Positions 26,458 through 34,931 of a DNA stretch of 64,000 nucleotides are shown in pieces. The position numbers and the translations under genes were made by a program. The stretch comes from Thermodesulfovibrionales bacterium (GTDB lineage: Bacteria; Nitrospirota; Thermodesulfovibrionia; Thermodesulfovibrionales; SM23-35): assembly GCA_041658585.1 (NCBI GenBank), contig JBAZZX010000004.1:38286-102285 (forward strand), written 5' to 3'. How positions within the stretch are numbered: the stretch's first letter is position 1; each line of letters starts with the position of its first letter. The notes beneath the pieces were generated by a model that was not told the DNA's origin, did not search any database, and worked only from the letters and a program-made list of their open reading frames with translations.

Positions 26458-27788
26458 CCTATTATCACGCTCCCTTCAGGGTATCTGAAACGTTCCTCCG
26501 CTTTTCTGGTAAGTGCAACGGCGAGGGTAAGCGGGCCGAGTCTCCCTAAAAACATTGTAAAACTTATTGCAAATTTACCTAAAGGCGTAAAAAGCGCTGA
26601 AAGGCTTTTTACGCCTCCGTCTCCTACGGAAAGTCCGACGGTTCCGAAGGCGGAAGTTATCTCAAACATGGTGGAAAGATAAGGCATATGCTGCGTGGTA
26701 ATGATGAAATGCGTGCTTATCGTACAGAGAATTGCCGCCAGAGTGATGATCAGAAATGACTTTGCAACGGTATCTGCCGGGACCCTTCTTTTAAAAAGCA
26801 CGGTACTGCTCATCCCTCTGATAGTTGCATAAAGGCTCGCTATAACAACGGCAAAGGTGGACGTTTTAACGCCTCCTCCCGTTCCGCCCGGCGATGCGCC
26901 GATGAACATCAGTATTATTGTCAGAAACAATGTTTCCGGCCTTAACAGGGAATAATCGACTGTATTAAACCCCGCGGTCCTCGGAGTGACCGAGGCAAAA
27001 TACGAGGAAAGAATTTGCTCTCTGAAGGACATGGCGACAAAGGTCTTCGGGTTTGACAGCTCAAGGAAATATATAGATAGGGTGCCTCCGATTATAAGAA
27101 CGGCCGTCGTGACAAGGACTATTTTGCTGTGCTGGGAAAGTCTCCTGATCTCTTTCCTGCGATAAGTATATATCTCGCCTACTACGATAAACCCTATCCC
27201 GCCGACAATGATCAGAGTCGTTATAACAAGGTTAACAATAATATCGCCCCTGAAACGTATAAGGTTATCCGAAAAGAGACTGAAGCCGGCATTATTAAAG
27301 GCGGAAACCGAATGGAAAATCCCGAACATAAAGGCGTCCTTAAATGGATAATCATACATAAAGCGCAGTGTTAATATAAAGGCGCCGGCAAGCTCGAACA
27401 TCAATGTAAATATAAGAACTTTTTTTGTGAATCTGACAATCCCTTCAAGACTCTCTACATTAAGGCCTTCTTTTATGGTGAGCCTTTCGCTGATCCCAAT
27501 TCTTTTACCTAAAATAAGAGATATTATTGTGGCGGACGTCATATATCCGAGCCCGCCTATCTGTATCAGGAGCATTATAATGATCCGGCCAAAAGGGGTA
27601 AAGTCATTCGGGGTGTCTTTTACGATAAGCCCTGTTACGCATACGGCCGAGGTAGATGTAAAAAAAGCGTCAATAAAAGAACATCCTCCTATATTCGAAA
27701 CCGGCAGCATGAGGATAAATGCGCCTGCAAGGATGACGGACAGGAAGCCGATTACGAGTATCTGCGGCGGAGATAATTTAACTTTCAT
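26454..27788 (-). CDS. trkH: Trk potassium uptake system membrane subunit TrkH
   Basis: Polytopic membrane protein with LSPPQILVIGF at the N-terminus and repeated GFN/TGG pore-loop-like segments. ATG 27788 is preferred to the TTG at 27908 used by the track. Confidence 0.85.
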   Translation of the reverse strand: MKVKLSPPQILVIGFLSVILAGAFILMLPVSNIGGCSFIDAFFTSTSAVCVTGLIVKDTPNDFTPFGRIIIMLLIQIGGLGYMTSATIISLILGKRIGISERLTIKEGLNVESLEGIVRFTKKVLIFTLMFELAGAFILTLRFMYDYPFKDAFMFGIFHSVSAFNNAGFSLFSDNLIRFRGDIIVNLVITTLIIVGGIGFIVVGEIYTYRRKEIRRLSQHSKIVLVTTAVLIIGGTLSIYFLELSNPKTFVAMSFREQILSSYFASVTPRTAGFNTVDYSLLRPETLFLTIILMFIGASPGGTGGGVKTSTFAVVIASLYATIRGMSSTVLFKRRVPADTVAKSFLIITLAAILCTISTHFIITTQHMPYLSTMFEITSAFGTVGLSVGDGGVKSLSALFTPLGKFAISFTMFLGRLGPLTLAVALTRKAEERFRYPEGSVIIG

Positions 27789-27961
27789 ATTTAGAAGCCG
27801 TCTTTCAGTGTTTAGGTATATTTGACTATCGGCAAAAAAACCGCTCAAATACTCTAACATGTTTTTGATATTTCGTATAGCATGTGCGATGGGCCAAAAA
27901 TTAGACAAAACAGTGCATATGCTTTATAAAAAGACTGTAACGACACGGTAAAAATATATTA

Positions 27962-27990
27962 TTGACAAAATAAGTAGCATATGCTAAATT
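27962..27990 (+). promoter_or_regulatory. Near-consensus promoter of the candidate sRNA
   Basis: TTGACA at 27962-27967, 17-nt spacer containing the palindrome TAGCATATGCTA, TAAATT at 27985-27990. Confidence 0.45.
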
Positions 27991-27996
27991 TTACAA

Positions 27997-28091
27997 GGTG
28001 GGTCAAACACCGCATATCCTCTGGGTCGAACGGGTGCAACCCCGAGGTCAATCATACAAAAGGGCAGTGGAAACACTGCCCTTTTGTATTT
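27997..28091 (+). ncRNA. Candidate ~95-nt small RNA of unknown class
   Basis: Lies between the promoter above and a 14-bp perfect-stem terminator (28056-28087) followed by a T-rich run. Internal hairpins GGTG/CACC (27997-28011) and CCTCTGGGT/ACCCCGAGG (28018-28047). No credible ORF and no adjacent downstream gene. Confidence 0.4.
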
Positions 28092-28252
28092 GCAGAGTGT
28101 AATTTCAGAACGGTATTATATTATTCGGTTTTAGTCAATGAAAAAACTACAAAATATAAACATACTCTATTTAATCTATTGATTTAATTTTATATATTAT
28201 GAGATAATAAACATAGAGTTTCAGGAGTTTTTGTTAAGGATATTATTGATAG

Positions 28253-28286
28253 GGCCTCAAAGACTTTTAGCTTTGCGGCCTTTTTT
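28253..28286 (+). promoter_or_regulatory. Second copy of the csp-type leader hairpin plus T6 tract
   Basis: GGCCTCAAAG / loop ACTTTTAG / CTTTGCGGCC, then TTTTTT. Preceded by the same AGTTTTTG box and a TTGATT-N18-GATAAT promoter candidate (28179-28208). Confidence 0.5.
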
Positions 28287-28379
28287 ATTGCGGTCATCCC
28301 GGGATTTTATTTTAAGATTTAAACTATTTAATGAACAAGAAAAGCCCGTCTGTATATCAGGGGGACTTTTATATGGGAG

Positions 28380-28757
28380 ATGAAAAAAATTACAAACACG
28401 GAAAAAAATATCGCCAAGATGGAAAAGAGGAAACTCAAACTTGAATCAGGGTTGATTTCCGAGCACTTCCCTGACATTGAGAGCATTTTTATTAAGATAA
28501 ATAATTCTTACGGAAGAAAAAACCCCATTACCATAGCGCGCGAATTTAAATTTATACCGGAAAGTCAGGCATATTTTAATATAGAATGCTTAAATAAAAA
28601 CTGTCTTGACGGCGGCTTTGACCTGGCCGGAGTTATTGATACGATGATTAAAAGTCATACAGTTTCCGGAGAAGGAGAGCTTTCCTGCAACGGCAGTGAA
28701 TTGTCTCCCGAACATTCACATATCTCCTACAAAATCACCATAAACTATATCGGTTAG
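28380..28757 (+). CDS. Unknown-family Cys/His protein, paralog of 21986-22357
   Basis: 125 aa, collinear with the csp-linked paralog. GGGAG RBS. Confidence 0.65.
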   Translation: MKKITNTEKNIAKMEKRKLKLESGLISEHFPDIESIFIKINNSYGRKNPITIAREFKFIPESQAYFNIECLNKNCLDGGFDLAGVIDTMIKSHTVSGEGELSCNGSELSPEHSHISYKITINYIG

Positions 28758-28819
28758 TTTAAAACCTGATAAACTTCTTGTCCCTTATCCCGAATCGGTA
28801 TTTACTATCGGGCCTCGGT

Positions 28820-29278
28820 CTATGCAACCTCGAAGATAAACTCTATTTCCACAGGTGAATTTAAAGGAAGGACGTTTACTCCTACCGCGACCCTGGCGTG
28901 TCTGCCTGACTCTCCGAATATCTCAAAAAGCAGATCTGACGCCGCATTCAGCACCATGGACTGGTCGGTAAAATTTGGTGATGAAGCAATGTAACCTGTA
29001 ATTTTAACGCATCTTTTGACATTGTTAAGAGTTCCGATATTCGCTTTCAAAACCGACAAGGCATTAATTACGGCAGTCCGCACACCTTCTCCGGCCTCTT
29101 CTATGCGGATATCTTCACCAACCTTGCCTTGCCTTACGAGCTTACCCTTTATTAAAGGAAGCATTCCGCTCAGAAAAATCAGATTACCCGTCCTCACAGC
29201 AGGGATATACGACCCAAGCGGCTTTGGAGCTTCGGGAAGCTCGATTCCTAATTCCTTTAGTTTATCTTCAGGCGTCAT
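28820..29278 (-). CDS. ridA: RidA/YjgF-family enamine/imine deaminase
   Basis: 152 aa. YjgF/RidA layout (...GNLIFLSG...ARVAVGVNVLPLNSPVEIE). Confidence 0.85.
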   Translation of the reverse strand: MTPEDKLKELGIELPEAPKPLGSYIPAVRTGNLIFLSGMLPLIKGKLVRQGKVGEDIRIEEAGEGVRTAVINALSVLKANIGTLNNVKRCVKITGYIASSPNFTDQSMVLNAASDLLFEIFGESGRHARVAVGVNVLPLNSPVEIEFIFEVA

Positions 29279-30538
29279 TTATAGCCCCAACTCCTCCGGT
29301 ATCCCGATTCTTCCGAGCACCGCTGAAGCGGCTGCTACTGCAGGGTTCGACAAGTAGACCTCGCTTTCCGGATGTCCCATTCTGCCGACGAAGTTTCTGT
29401 TGGTTGTCGCTATAGCCCTCTCGCCTTTTGCAAGAATACCCATGTATCCTCCAAGGCAGGGACCGCAGGTCGGTGTGGAAACTACGGCCTCGGCTTCAAC
29501 AAAGATGTCCAGCAGCCCCTTTTTCATCGCCTGTCTGTATATCTTTTGTGTTGCAGGGATTACTATCAACCTCACGTTCGGATTGACCTTTCTTCCCTTG
29601 ATAATCATAGCAGCCTCGACAAGGTCTTCATATCTCCCGTTGGTGCATGAACCTATAACAACCTGATCAATCGCAATCCCGGACAACTCTGAAGCGGGTT
29701 TTGTGTTTGACGGAAGATGAGGGCATGAAACCGTGAGAGGTATCTGCGAGCAATCGTATTCGCGCACCCCGGCATAGTGGGCGTTCTTGCCGGATTTATA
29801 AAATGTAAAAGGCCTCTTTGCCCTGTTTTTCACATAAGCCTTTGTAATTTTGTCCGGCACGATTATGCCGTTCTTGCCTCCGGCTTCTATGGCCATATTA
29901 CACATGGTAAGCCTTCCATACATCGGAAGGTTTTGTATTGTCTCTCCTTCAAATTCCATTGCCCTGTAAAGCGCGCCGTCTACTCCGATATCGCCGATCG
30001 TATGGAGTATCAAGTCTTTTCCGCCGACCCATTTATTGAGTTTTCCGTAGTAGACAAACTTCATGGATTCAGGGACCTTAAACCAGCATTCGCCGGTTGT
30101 CATAGCGGCAGCAACATCCGTCGATCCGACACCGGTTGAAAAAGCGCCGAGTGCGCCGTAGGTGCAGGTATGACTGTCGGCGCCTATGATGCAGTCTCCC
30201 GGCAGGACAAGTCCTTCTTCCGGCAAGAGCGCATGTTCAACGCCCATCCTGCCTACTTCAAAATAAAGACTGAGATCGTATTCTTTGGAAAAATCTTTCA
30301 TCATCTTGCACTGCTCGGCAGCCTTTATATCCTTCTGCGGCGCAAAATGGTCGGGGACCATGGCGATCCTATCTCTGTTAAAGACGTCCTTTGCTCCGAT
30401 TTTTTTAAACTCCGATATAGCAATGGGCGCGGTTATATCGTTGGCAAGTATGAGGTCAACCTTTGCGTTGATAAGTTCTCCGGGTGAAACCTCTTTTTTG
30501 CCTGAATGCGCCGCCAAAATCTTTTCAGTAATCGTCAT
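29279..30538 (-). CDS. leuC: Aconitase-family dehydratase large subunit (3-isopropylmalate / homoaconitate dehydratase LeuC/HacA type)
   Basis: 419 aa. GADSHT, GSCTNGR and CGPCLG Fe-S ligand boxes. No small-subunit gene adjacent. Confidence 0.85.
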   Translation of the reverse strand: MTITEKILAAHSGKKEVSPGELINAKVDLILANDITAPIAISEFKKIGAKDVFNRDRIAMVPDHFAPQKDIKAAEQCKMMKDFSKEYDLSLYFEVGRMGVEHALLPEEGLVLPGDCIIGADSHTCTYGALGAFSTGVGSTDVAAAMTTGECWFKVPESMKFVYYGKLNKWVGGKDLILHTIGDIGVDGALYRAMEFEGETIQNLPMYGRLTMCNMAIEAGGKNGIIVPDKITKAYVKNRAKRPFTFYKSGKNAHYAGVREYDCSQIPLTVSCPHLPSNTKPASELSGIAIDQVVIGSCTNGRYEDLVEAAMIIKGRKVNPNVRLIVIPATQKIYRQAMKKGLLDIFVEAEAVVSTPTCGPCLGGYMGILAKGERAIATTNRNFVGRMGHPESEVYLSNPAVAAASAVLGRIGIPEELGL

Positions 30539-30681
30539 AGATTTCCTCCATGTTTTGAGTTGGATTATTATACCTTATTTTTGGTTGTTAAGACATTTAT
30601 ATGGACAGATCAGATGCATGGTCCTCACAACATTTTTTAGATTTATGGTAAAATTATGAAAAGATTTCACGGCATTCTAAC

Positions 30682-32139
30682 ATGATTAAAAAAATCAATA
30701 GAATATTAATTGCAAACCGGGGCGTCACCGCTGTCAGGATTATGCATACCTGCAGGGACAGGAAGATCCCTACGACCACCGTCTACAGCACACCCGACCG
30801 TCTTGCACATCATGTTTTTATGGCGGATTCAGCCATACATATCGGAGAAGCCCCGCCGGCAGAGTCTTATCTGAATATGGAGAAGATGATAGCCGCTGCC
30901 ATTCAGAGCAATTCAGATGCAATACATCCCGGATGGGGTTTTCTTGCAGAGAACGATAAGTTCGCCCAGATGGTTATAGACGCAGGGCTTACCTGGATAG
31001 GTCCGAGACCCGAGGTCATCAAGGCCCTTGGCGACAAGATCCAGGCCAAGAAGCTTGCCCAGAAAGCAAATGTGCCTACTATCCCCGGCGTTATGGATGT
31101 CACCGGCATTGAGCAGATCAAAAAATGGATGAAAGAAGACAAGGTGACCTTCCCGATCATGATTAAGGCCGTTGCAGGCGGCGGCGGAAAAGGGATGGTC
31201 AAGGTTGAAAACAAGAGCGAATTACAGCAGGCATTTAGTCAGGCGCGTTCGGAGGCCTTGAAATCCTTTGGCGACGAAAGGGTGCTTGTTGAAAAATATA
31301 TCGAGCGCGGCAGGCATATCGAGGTCCAGATTGTCGGAGATGAGCATGGCAATGTGGTCCATCTTTATGAAAGGGAATGCACGATCCAGAGACGCAACCA
31401 AAAAATAGTCGAGGAAGCGCCGTCTCCATCCATCAACGACGACCTCCGCAAGGAGATATGCTTTACGGCAACACGTTTAATGAGAGAGATCGGTTACAAC
31501 TCTGCCGGGACCGTAGAGTTTATTTTTGATTCAACAACAAAGAAATTTTATTTCCTCGAGGTCAACACAAGGCTGCAGGTTGAGCACGGGATAACGGAGC
31601 TTATTACCGGATTGGATATTGTCGGGATCATGATCGACGCCGCAATGGGCAAGAAATTACCTTTCAAGCAGGCCGATATCCACCCTAACAGATGGGCGCT
31701 GGAAGTCAGACTGAATGCCGAAGACCCGAAGACATTCAGCCCTTCTTTCGGGACTATTACCAGGCTTCAGTTCCCTCAGGGTCCGGGTGTAAGGATTGCA
31801 TCAGGAGTTTATGAGGGTGCGGATATACCTCCGTATTACGATTCACTTTTCATGCTACTGATAACGGCAGGCGCCGACCGGGGAGACGCCATAAGGGTCA
31901 TGGACAGGGCGCTTAGCAGGAACCTCCGCGTAGAAGGAGTGAAGACGCTCGCGCCTTTGCTGTTAAGCATTATCAGGCATCCTGCATTCATAGCAGGCGA
32001 GTTTTCTACACGGTTCATTGAAGAGCATATGGATGAACTCATCTCGATGTTCAAAGAAAAAAACAGCGAAGACGAGGTCATCAAGATAGCAAGATATGTG
32101 GCCGAAATATCCGCTTTAGGCCCGCAGTCGTGGATGTGA
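30682..32139 (+). CDS. Biotin carboxylase subunit (pyruvate carboxylase subunit A or 2-oxoglutarate carboxylase small subunit)
   Basis: 485 aa. ILIANRG, glycine-rich MIKAVAGGGGKGM, EVNTRLQVEH. Confidence 0.9.
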   Translation: MIKKINRILIANRGVTAVRIMHTCRDRKIPTTTVYSTPDRLAHHVFMADSAIHIGEAPPAESYLNMEKMIAAAIQSNSDAIHPGWGFLAENDKFAQMVIDAGLTWIGPRPEVIKALGDKIQAKKLAQKANVPTIPGVMDVTGIEQIKKWMKEDKVTFPIMIKAVAGGGGKGMVKVENKSELQQAFSQARSEALKSFGDERVLVEKYIERGRHIEVQIVGDEHGNVVHLYERECTIQRRNQKIVEEAPSPSINDDLRKEICFTATRLMREIGYNSAGTVEFIFDSTTKKFYFLEVNTRLQVEHGITELITGLDIVGIMIDAAMGKKLPFKQADIHPNRWALEVRLNAEDPKTFSPSFGTITRLQFPQGPGVRIASGVYEGADIPPYYDSLFMLLITAGADRGDAIRVMDRALSRNLRVEGVKTLAPLLLSIIRHPAFIAGEFSTRFIEEHMDELISMFKEKNSEDEVIKIARYVAEISALGPQSWM

Positions 32140-32143
32140 TTAT

Positions 32144-34162
32144 ATGAAAGATTATATCTTCGTTAAGCCCGGAATGTCGTCGAAAGAGATTGTGCAGGCT
32201 ATACGCAGTCTTAACGGTGTGTGTTTCACTTCCGTGGGTATGCGTGACGCCGGGCAGTCCGATTACAAAAACCGCCACCGCATCTATGACCTTTCTACTC
32301 TTGCCCCGTTTTACAACAGGATGGGGCTGTTCAGTTCCGAATGCCACGGCGGCGCCCGTTGGCATGTGGGTGTGATGAACAGGAGGGAAAGTCCCTTTGA
32401 AGAGATCGACATCCTGAGACAGCAGATGCCTAATGTGCTTCTTCAAACGCTTATACGCGAGACAAACCTTTTCGGTTACAGACCGTATCCGAAGAATGTC
32501 ATAGAATATGTGGTTTCCAAGGTTGATATAGATGTATGGAGATGTTTCTCGTTCCTGAACGATGTAAGGAACATGCGCACGGTTGCCGAAGTCGTCATGA
32601 AGAGGGGGCGACTCTTCCAGCCCTCCATATCCTTTACCACGGCTGATTGGGCAACTAACGAATATTATCTTGAGGTGGTAAAGGATATCGTTGACCTGTG
32701 CAGCGGCACTGCCGAGATCATCTTCTGCGTTAAAGATATGGCGGGCGTAGGAAGCATCAAACGGGTCGGCAGCCTGATTGATGCAATAAAACAGAAATAT
32801 CCCGAACTGGTAATTCAGTACCACAGACATATTACGGACGGGCTTGCAATGCCGGCGCTGCTTTCCGCTGCCCAGGCCGGAGCAAAGATATTTGATGTCG
32901 AAGAAGATTCGCTTGTGCGCTTTTACGGACATTCACCCATTCTTGCCGTCCAGGCCTATTTTGAGGAAATGGGGATTCCGGTTAATCTCAACAGAAAAGA
33001 GGCGGAGGAGGCAGTGCAGAAGGTGCGCGAATGGATAAATAATTATGACTGGGCCGAATCGCCGTTTAAGGGGTTCGACCATACGGTGACCCTTCATAAG
33101 ATGCCCGGAGGCGCTTTCCCGAGTTCATTCGAGCAGGCTGAAAACGGGGGCTTCCTCCATTTCATGCCTGCGGTTCTCAAGGTGATGTCTCTTTATAACA
33201 AGATCATCCATTACTTTGACGTTACCCCCGGCTCACAGATTACCTGGGTCACCTGCAGCGGTATAGTAAATAAATATGCAAAGGCCAAGGGAGATGCCGG
33301 AGTCAGACATCTGATAAATCTACTGACAAAATTTATCGATGAAAAGAACCTGGACTTTAATGCAATAAATGAAGAGGATCGGGAAGAACTGCTCGGCCTT
33401 TTCAGAAATACTCCGGGAGATTTCAGAAACCTGATCCTCGGTCACTACGGCAAGCTCCCTATGGGATGGCCTCCCGATTGGCTTTATCATAGCACCTTTG
33501 GCGGTGAATGGGAGACGAAGATAAAGGAGAGGATTGAACTCTCTCCCCTTGATTCAATGCCCGACGACGACCTTGAAAAAATCAGGCAGGAATTATCGGA
33601 GCATATCGGGAGACAACCTTCGGAAGAGGAATTTATTCTCTATCTGATGCATCCGAAAGACGCCCTCGCCATGATCGAATTCAGGGAAAAATACGGAGAA
33701 GCCCCGCTTGTTCTGCCTACGGACGTATGGCGGCAGGGACTGAAAAAGCCGGGGGACAAAGTGGATTTTGAACTCCGTGGCAAACCGTACAGTATCGAGC
33801 TTGTTTCAGTGGGCGCGGAACATGAAGGAATAATCCATGTCGTAATGCGCGTTAACAATAAGACAAGGGTGTATAGTGTCGCAACCCCAAGGGCCAAGAA
33901 GACCGAGATAAGAATGGCTAAAGGTCTGAACGAGGCCGGCGCGCCTATCAACGGGAATATCTGGAGGATCGGAAATCCTGAAAGGGGCGCTCTCAAAGTC
34001 GGAGACCTCGTGCACAAAGGCGAAGAGATCGCTAATCTTGAGGCTATGAAGATGGAGAATGTGATTATTGCGCCTTTTGACGGACAGATAGCAGAGATAT
34101 GCGTTAAACTTAACAGCTTCGTTGTAGAAGGCCAACTGCTCTTTGTCCTGGAAAAGCAGTAG
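32144..34162 (+). CDS. Carboxyltransferase plus biotin-carrier subunit (pyruvate carboxylase subunit B / OadA-like or 2-oxoglutarate carboxylase large subunit)
   Basis: 672 aa. N-terminal TIM-barrel carboxyltransferase region (MRDAGQS box) and C-terminal biotinyl domain with EAMKMEN. Confidence 0.85.
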   Translation: MKDYIFVKPGMSSKEIVQAIRSLNGVCFTSVGMRDAGQSDYKNRHRIYDLSTLAPFYNRMGLFSSECHGGARWHVGVMNRRESPFEEIDILRQQMPNVLLQTLIRETNLFGYRPYPKNVIEYVVSKVDIDVWRCFSFLNDVRNMRTVAEVVMKRGRLFQPSISFTTADWATNEYYLEVVKDIVDLCSGTAEIIFCVKDMAGVGSIKRVGSLIDAIKQKYPELVIQYHRHITDGLAMPALLSAAQAGAKIFDVEEDSLVRFYGHSPILAVQAYFEEMGIPVNLNRKEAEEAVQKVREWINNYDWAESPFKGFDHTVTLHKMPGGAFPSSFEQAENGGFLHFMPAVLKVMSLYNKIIHYFDVTPGSQITWVTCSGIVNKYAKAKGDAGVRHLINLLTKFIDEKNLDFNAINEEDREELLGLFRNTPGDFRNLILGHYGKLPMGWPPDWLYHSTFGGEWETKIKERIELSPLDSMPDDDLEKIRQELSEHIGRQPSEEEFILYLMHPKDALAMIEFREKYGEAPLVLPTDVWRQGLKKPGDKVDFELRGKPYSIELVSVGAEHEGIIHVVMRVNNKTRVYSVATPRAKKTEIRMAKGLNEAGAPINGNIWRIGNPERGALKVGDLVHKGEEIANLEAMKMENVIIAPFDGQIAEICVKLNSFVVEGQLLFVLEKQ

Positions 34163-34229
34163 ACCCGATCCGCTTTATGGAAAAGAAAGCTAAATTTACT
34201 CTCATTTATTTCCTCAAACGGTAAAACTT

Positions 34230-34931
34230 ATGATACAACCAATTCTTATTGTTGAAGACGACAGGAAGATAGCGAGGATCGTAAAGGTGTATCTCGAAGG
34301 CGCGGGATACAGGGTATCCGCTGCGGAAACTGGGAAAGAGGCGCTTGAACTTGCATTGAAAGAGATGCCGGCCCTTGTAGTCCTTGACCTTATGCTGCCG
34401 GACATGAGCGGTGAAAATGTCTGTCAGGAATTGAAGGAACTCGGAGATTTTCCGGTCATTATGCTGACTGCAAAATCATCCGAAGAAGAGCGGGTTGCAG
34501 GGTTCGGATTGGGCGCCGACGATTATATTGTAAAACCCTTCAGCCCCAAGGAGCTTGTTGCAAGAGTAAAGGCGGTCCTGAAACGGGCCCAACGCAAAGA
34601 TATTCCGGGCGCAAAAGCCATGAGTTTCAACAAAGGGCTCCTCACGATAGACACTGCAAGTTATGAAGTAAAAAAGGCGGGAGATTCCGTAACCATGACG
34701 CCGACGGAACTGAAGATACTGGCAGTGCTTGCAGGTTCTCCCTCAAGGGTTTTTACAAGGGGGGAGCTTGTAGAGCATGCGCTTGGGTATCAGTTCGAAG
34801 GTTACGAGAGAAGTATCGACGCCCATATTAAGAATATACGCCAAAAAATAGAGGATGATCCCAAAAATCCCCTGTTCATTAATACGATTTATGGAGTAGG
34901 TTATAAGTTTATCGGTATTAAGGATGTTTAA
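34230..34931 (+). CDS. OmpR-family response regulator
   Basis: 233 aa. VVLDLMLPDMSG receiver and winged-helix tail IYGVGYKF. Confidence 0.9.
   Translation: MIQPILIVEDDRKIARIVKVYLEGAGYRVSAAETGKEALELALKEMPALVVLDLMLPDMSGENVCQELKELGDFPVIMLTAKSSEEERVAGFGLGADDYIVKPFSPKELVARVKAVLKRAQRKDIPGAKAMSFNKGLLTIDTASYEVKKAGDSVTMTPTELKILAVLAGSPSRVFTRGELVEHALGYQFEGYERSIDAHIKNIRQKIEDDPKNPLFINTIYGVGYKFIGIKDV

Noticed and set aside
27789-27908. 40-codon N-terminal extension of trkH from a TTG start
   Set aside because: TrkH proteins begin close to the LSPPQ segment. An ATG at 27788 gives that N-terminus, and the extension has no RBS. The start remains somewhat uncertain.
27789-28055. c-di-AMP (ydaO-type) or other riboswitch in the trkH leader on the minus strand
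   Set aside because: I read the reverse complement looking for the conserved ydaO-type blocks and could not recognise them. There is also no well-spaced minus-strand promoter upstream. This needs a covariance-model scan to exclude formally.
27981-28187. 68-aa plus-strand ORF
   Set aside because: Its ATG lies inside the -10/spacer of the predicted promoter, and the frame reads straight through a 14-bp terminator hairpin. The region is better explained as a non-coding RNA.
32081-32932. 283-aa minus-strand ORF
   Set aside because: It lies entirely antisense to the well-supported carboxyltransferase gene (32144-34162). It has no motif and no RBS, and its composition is typical of a shadow frame.
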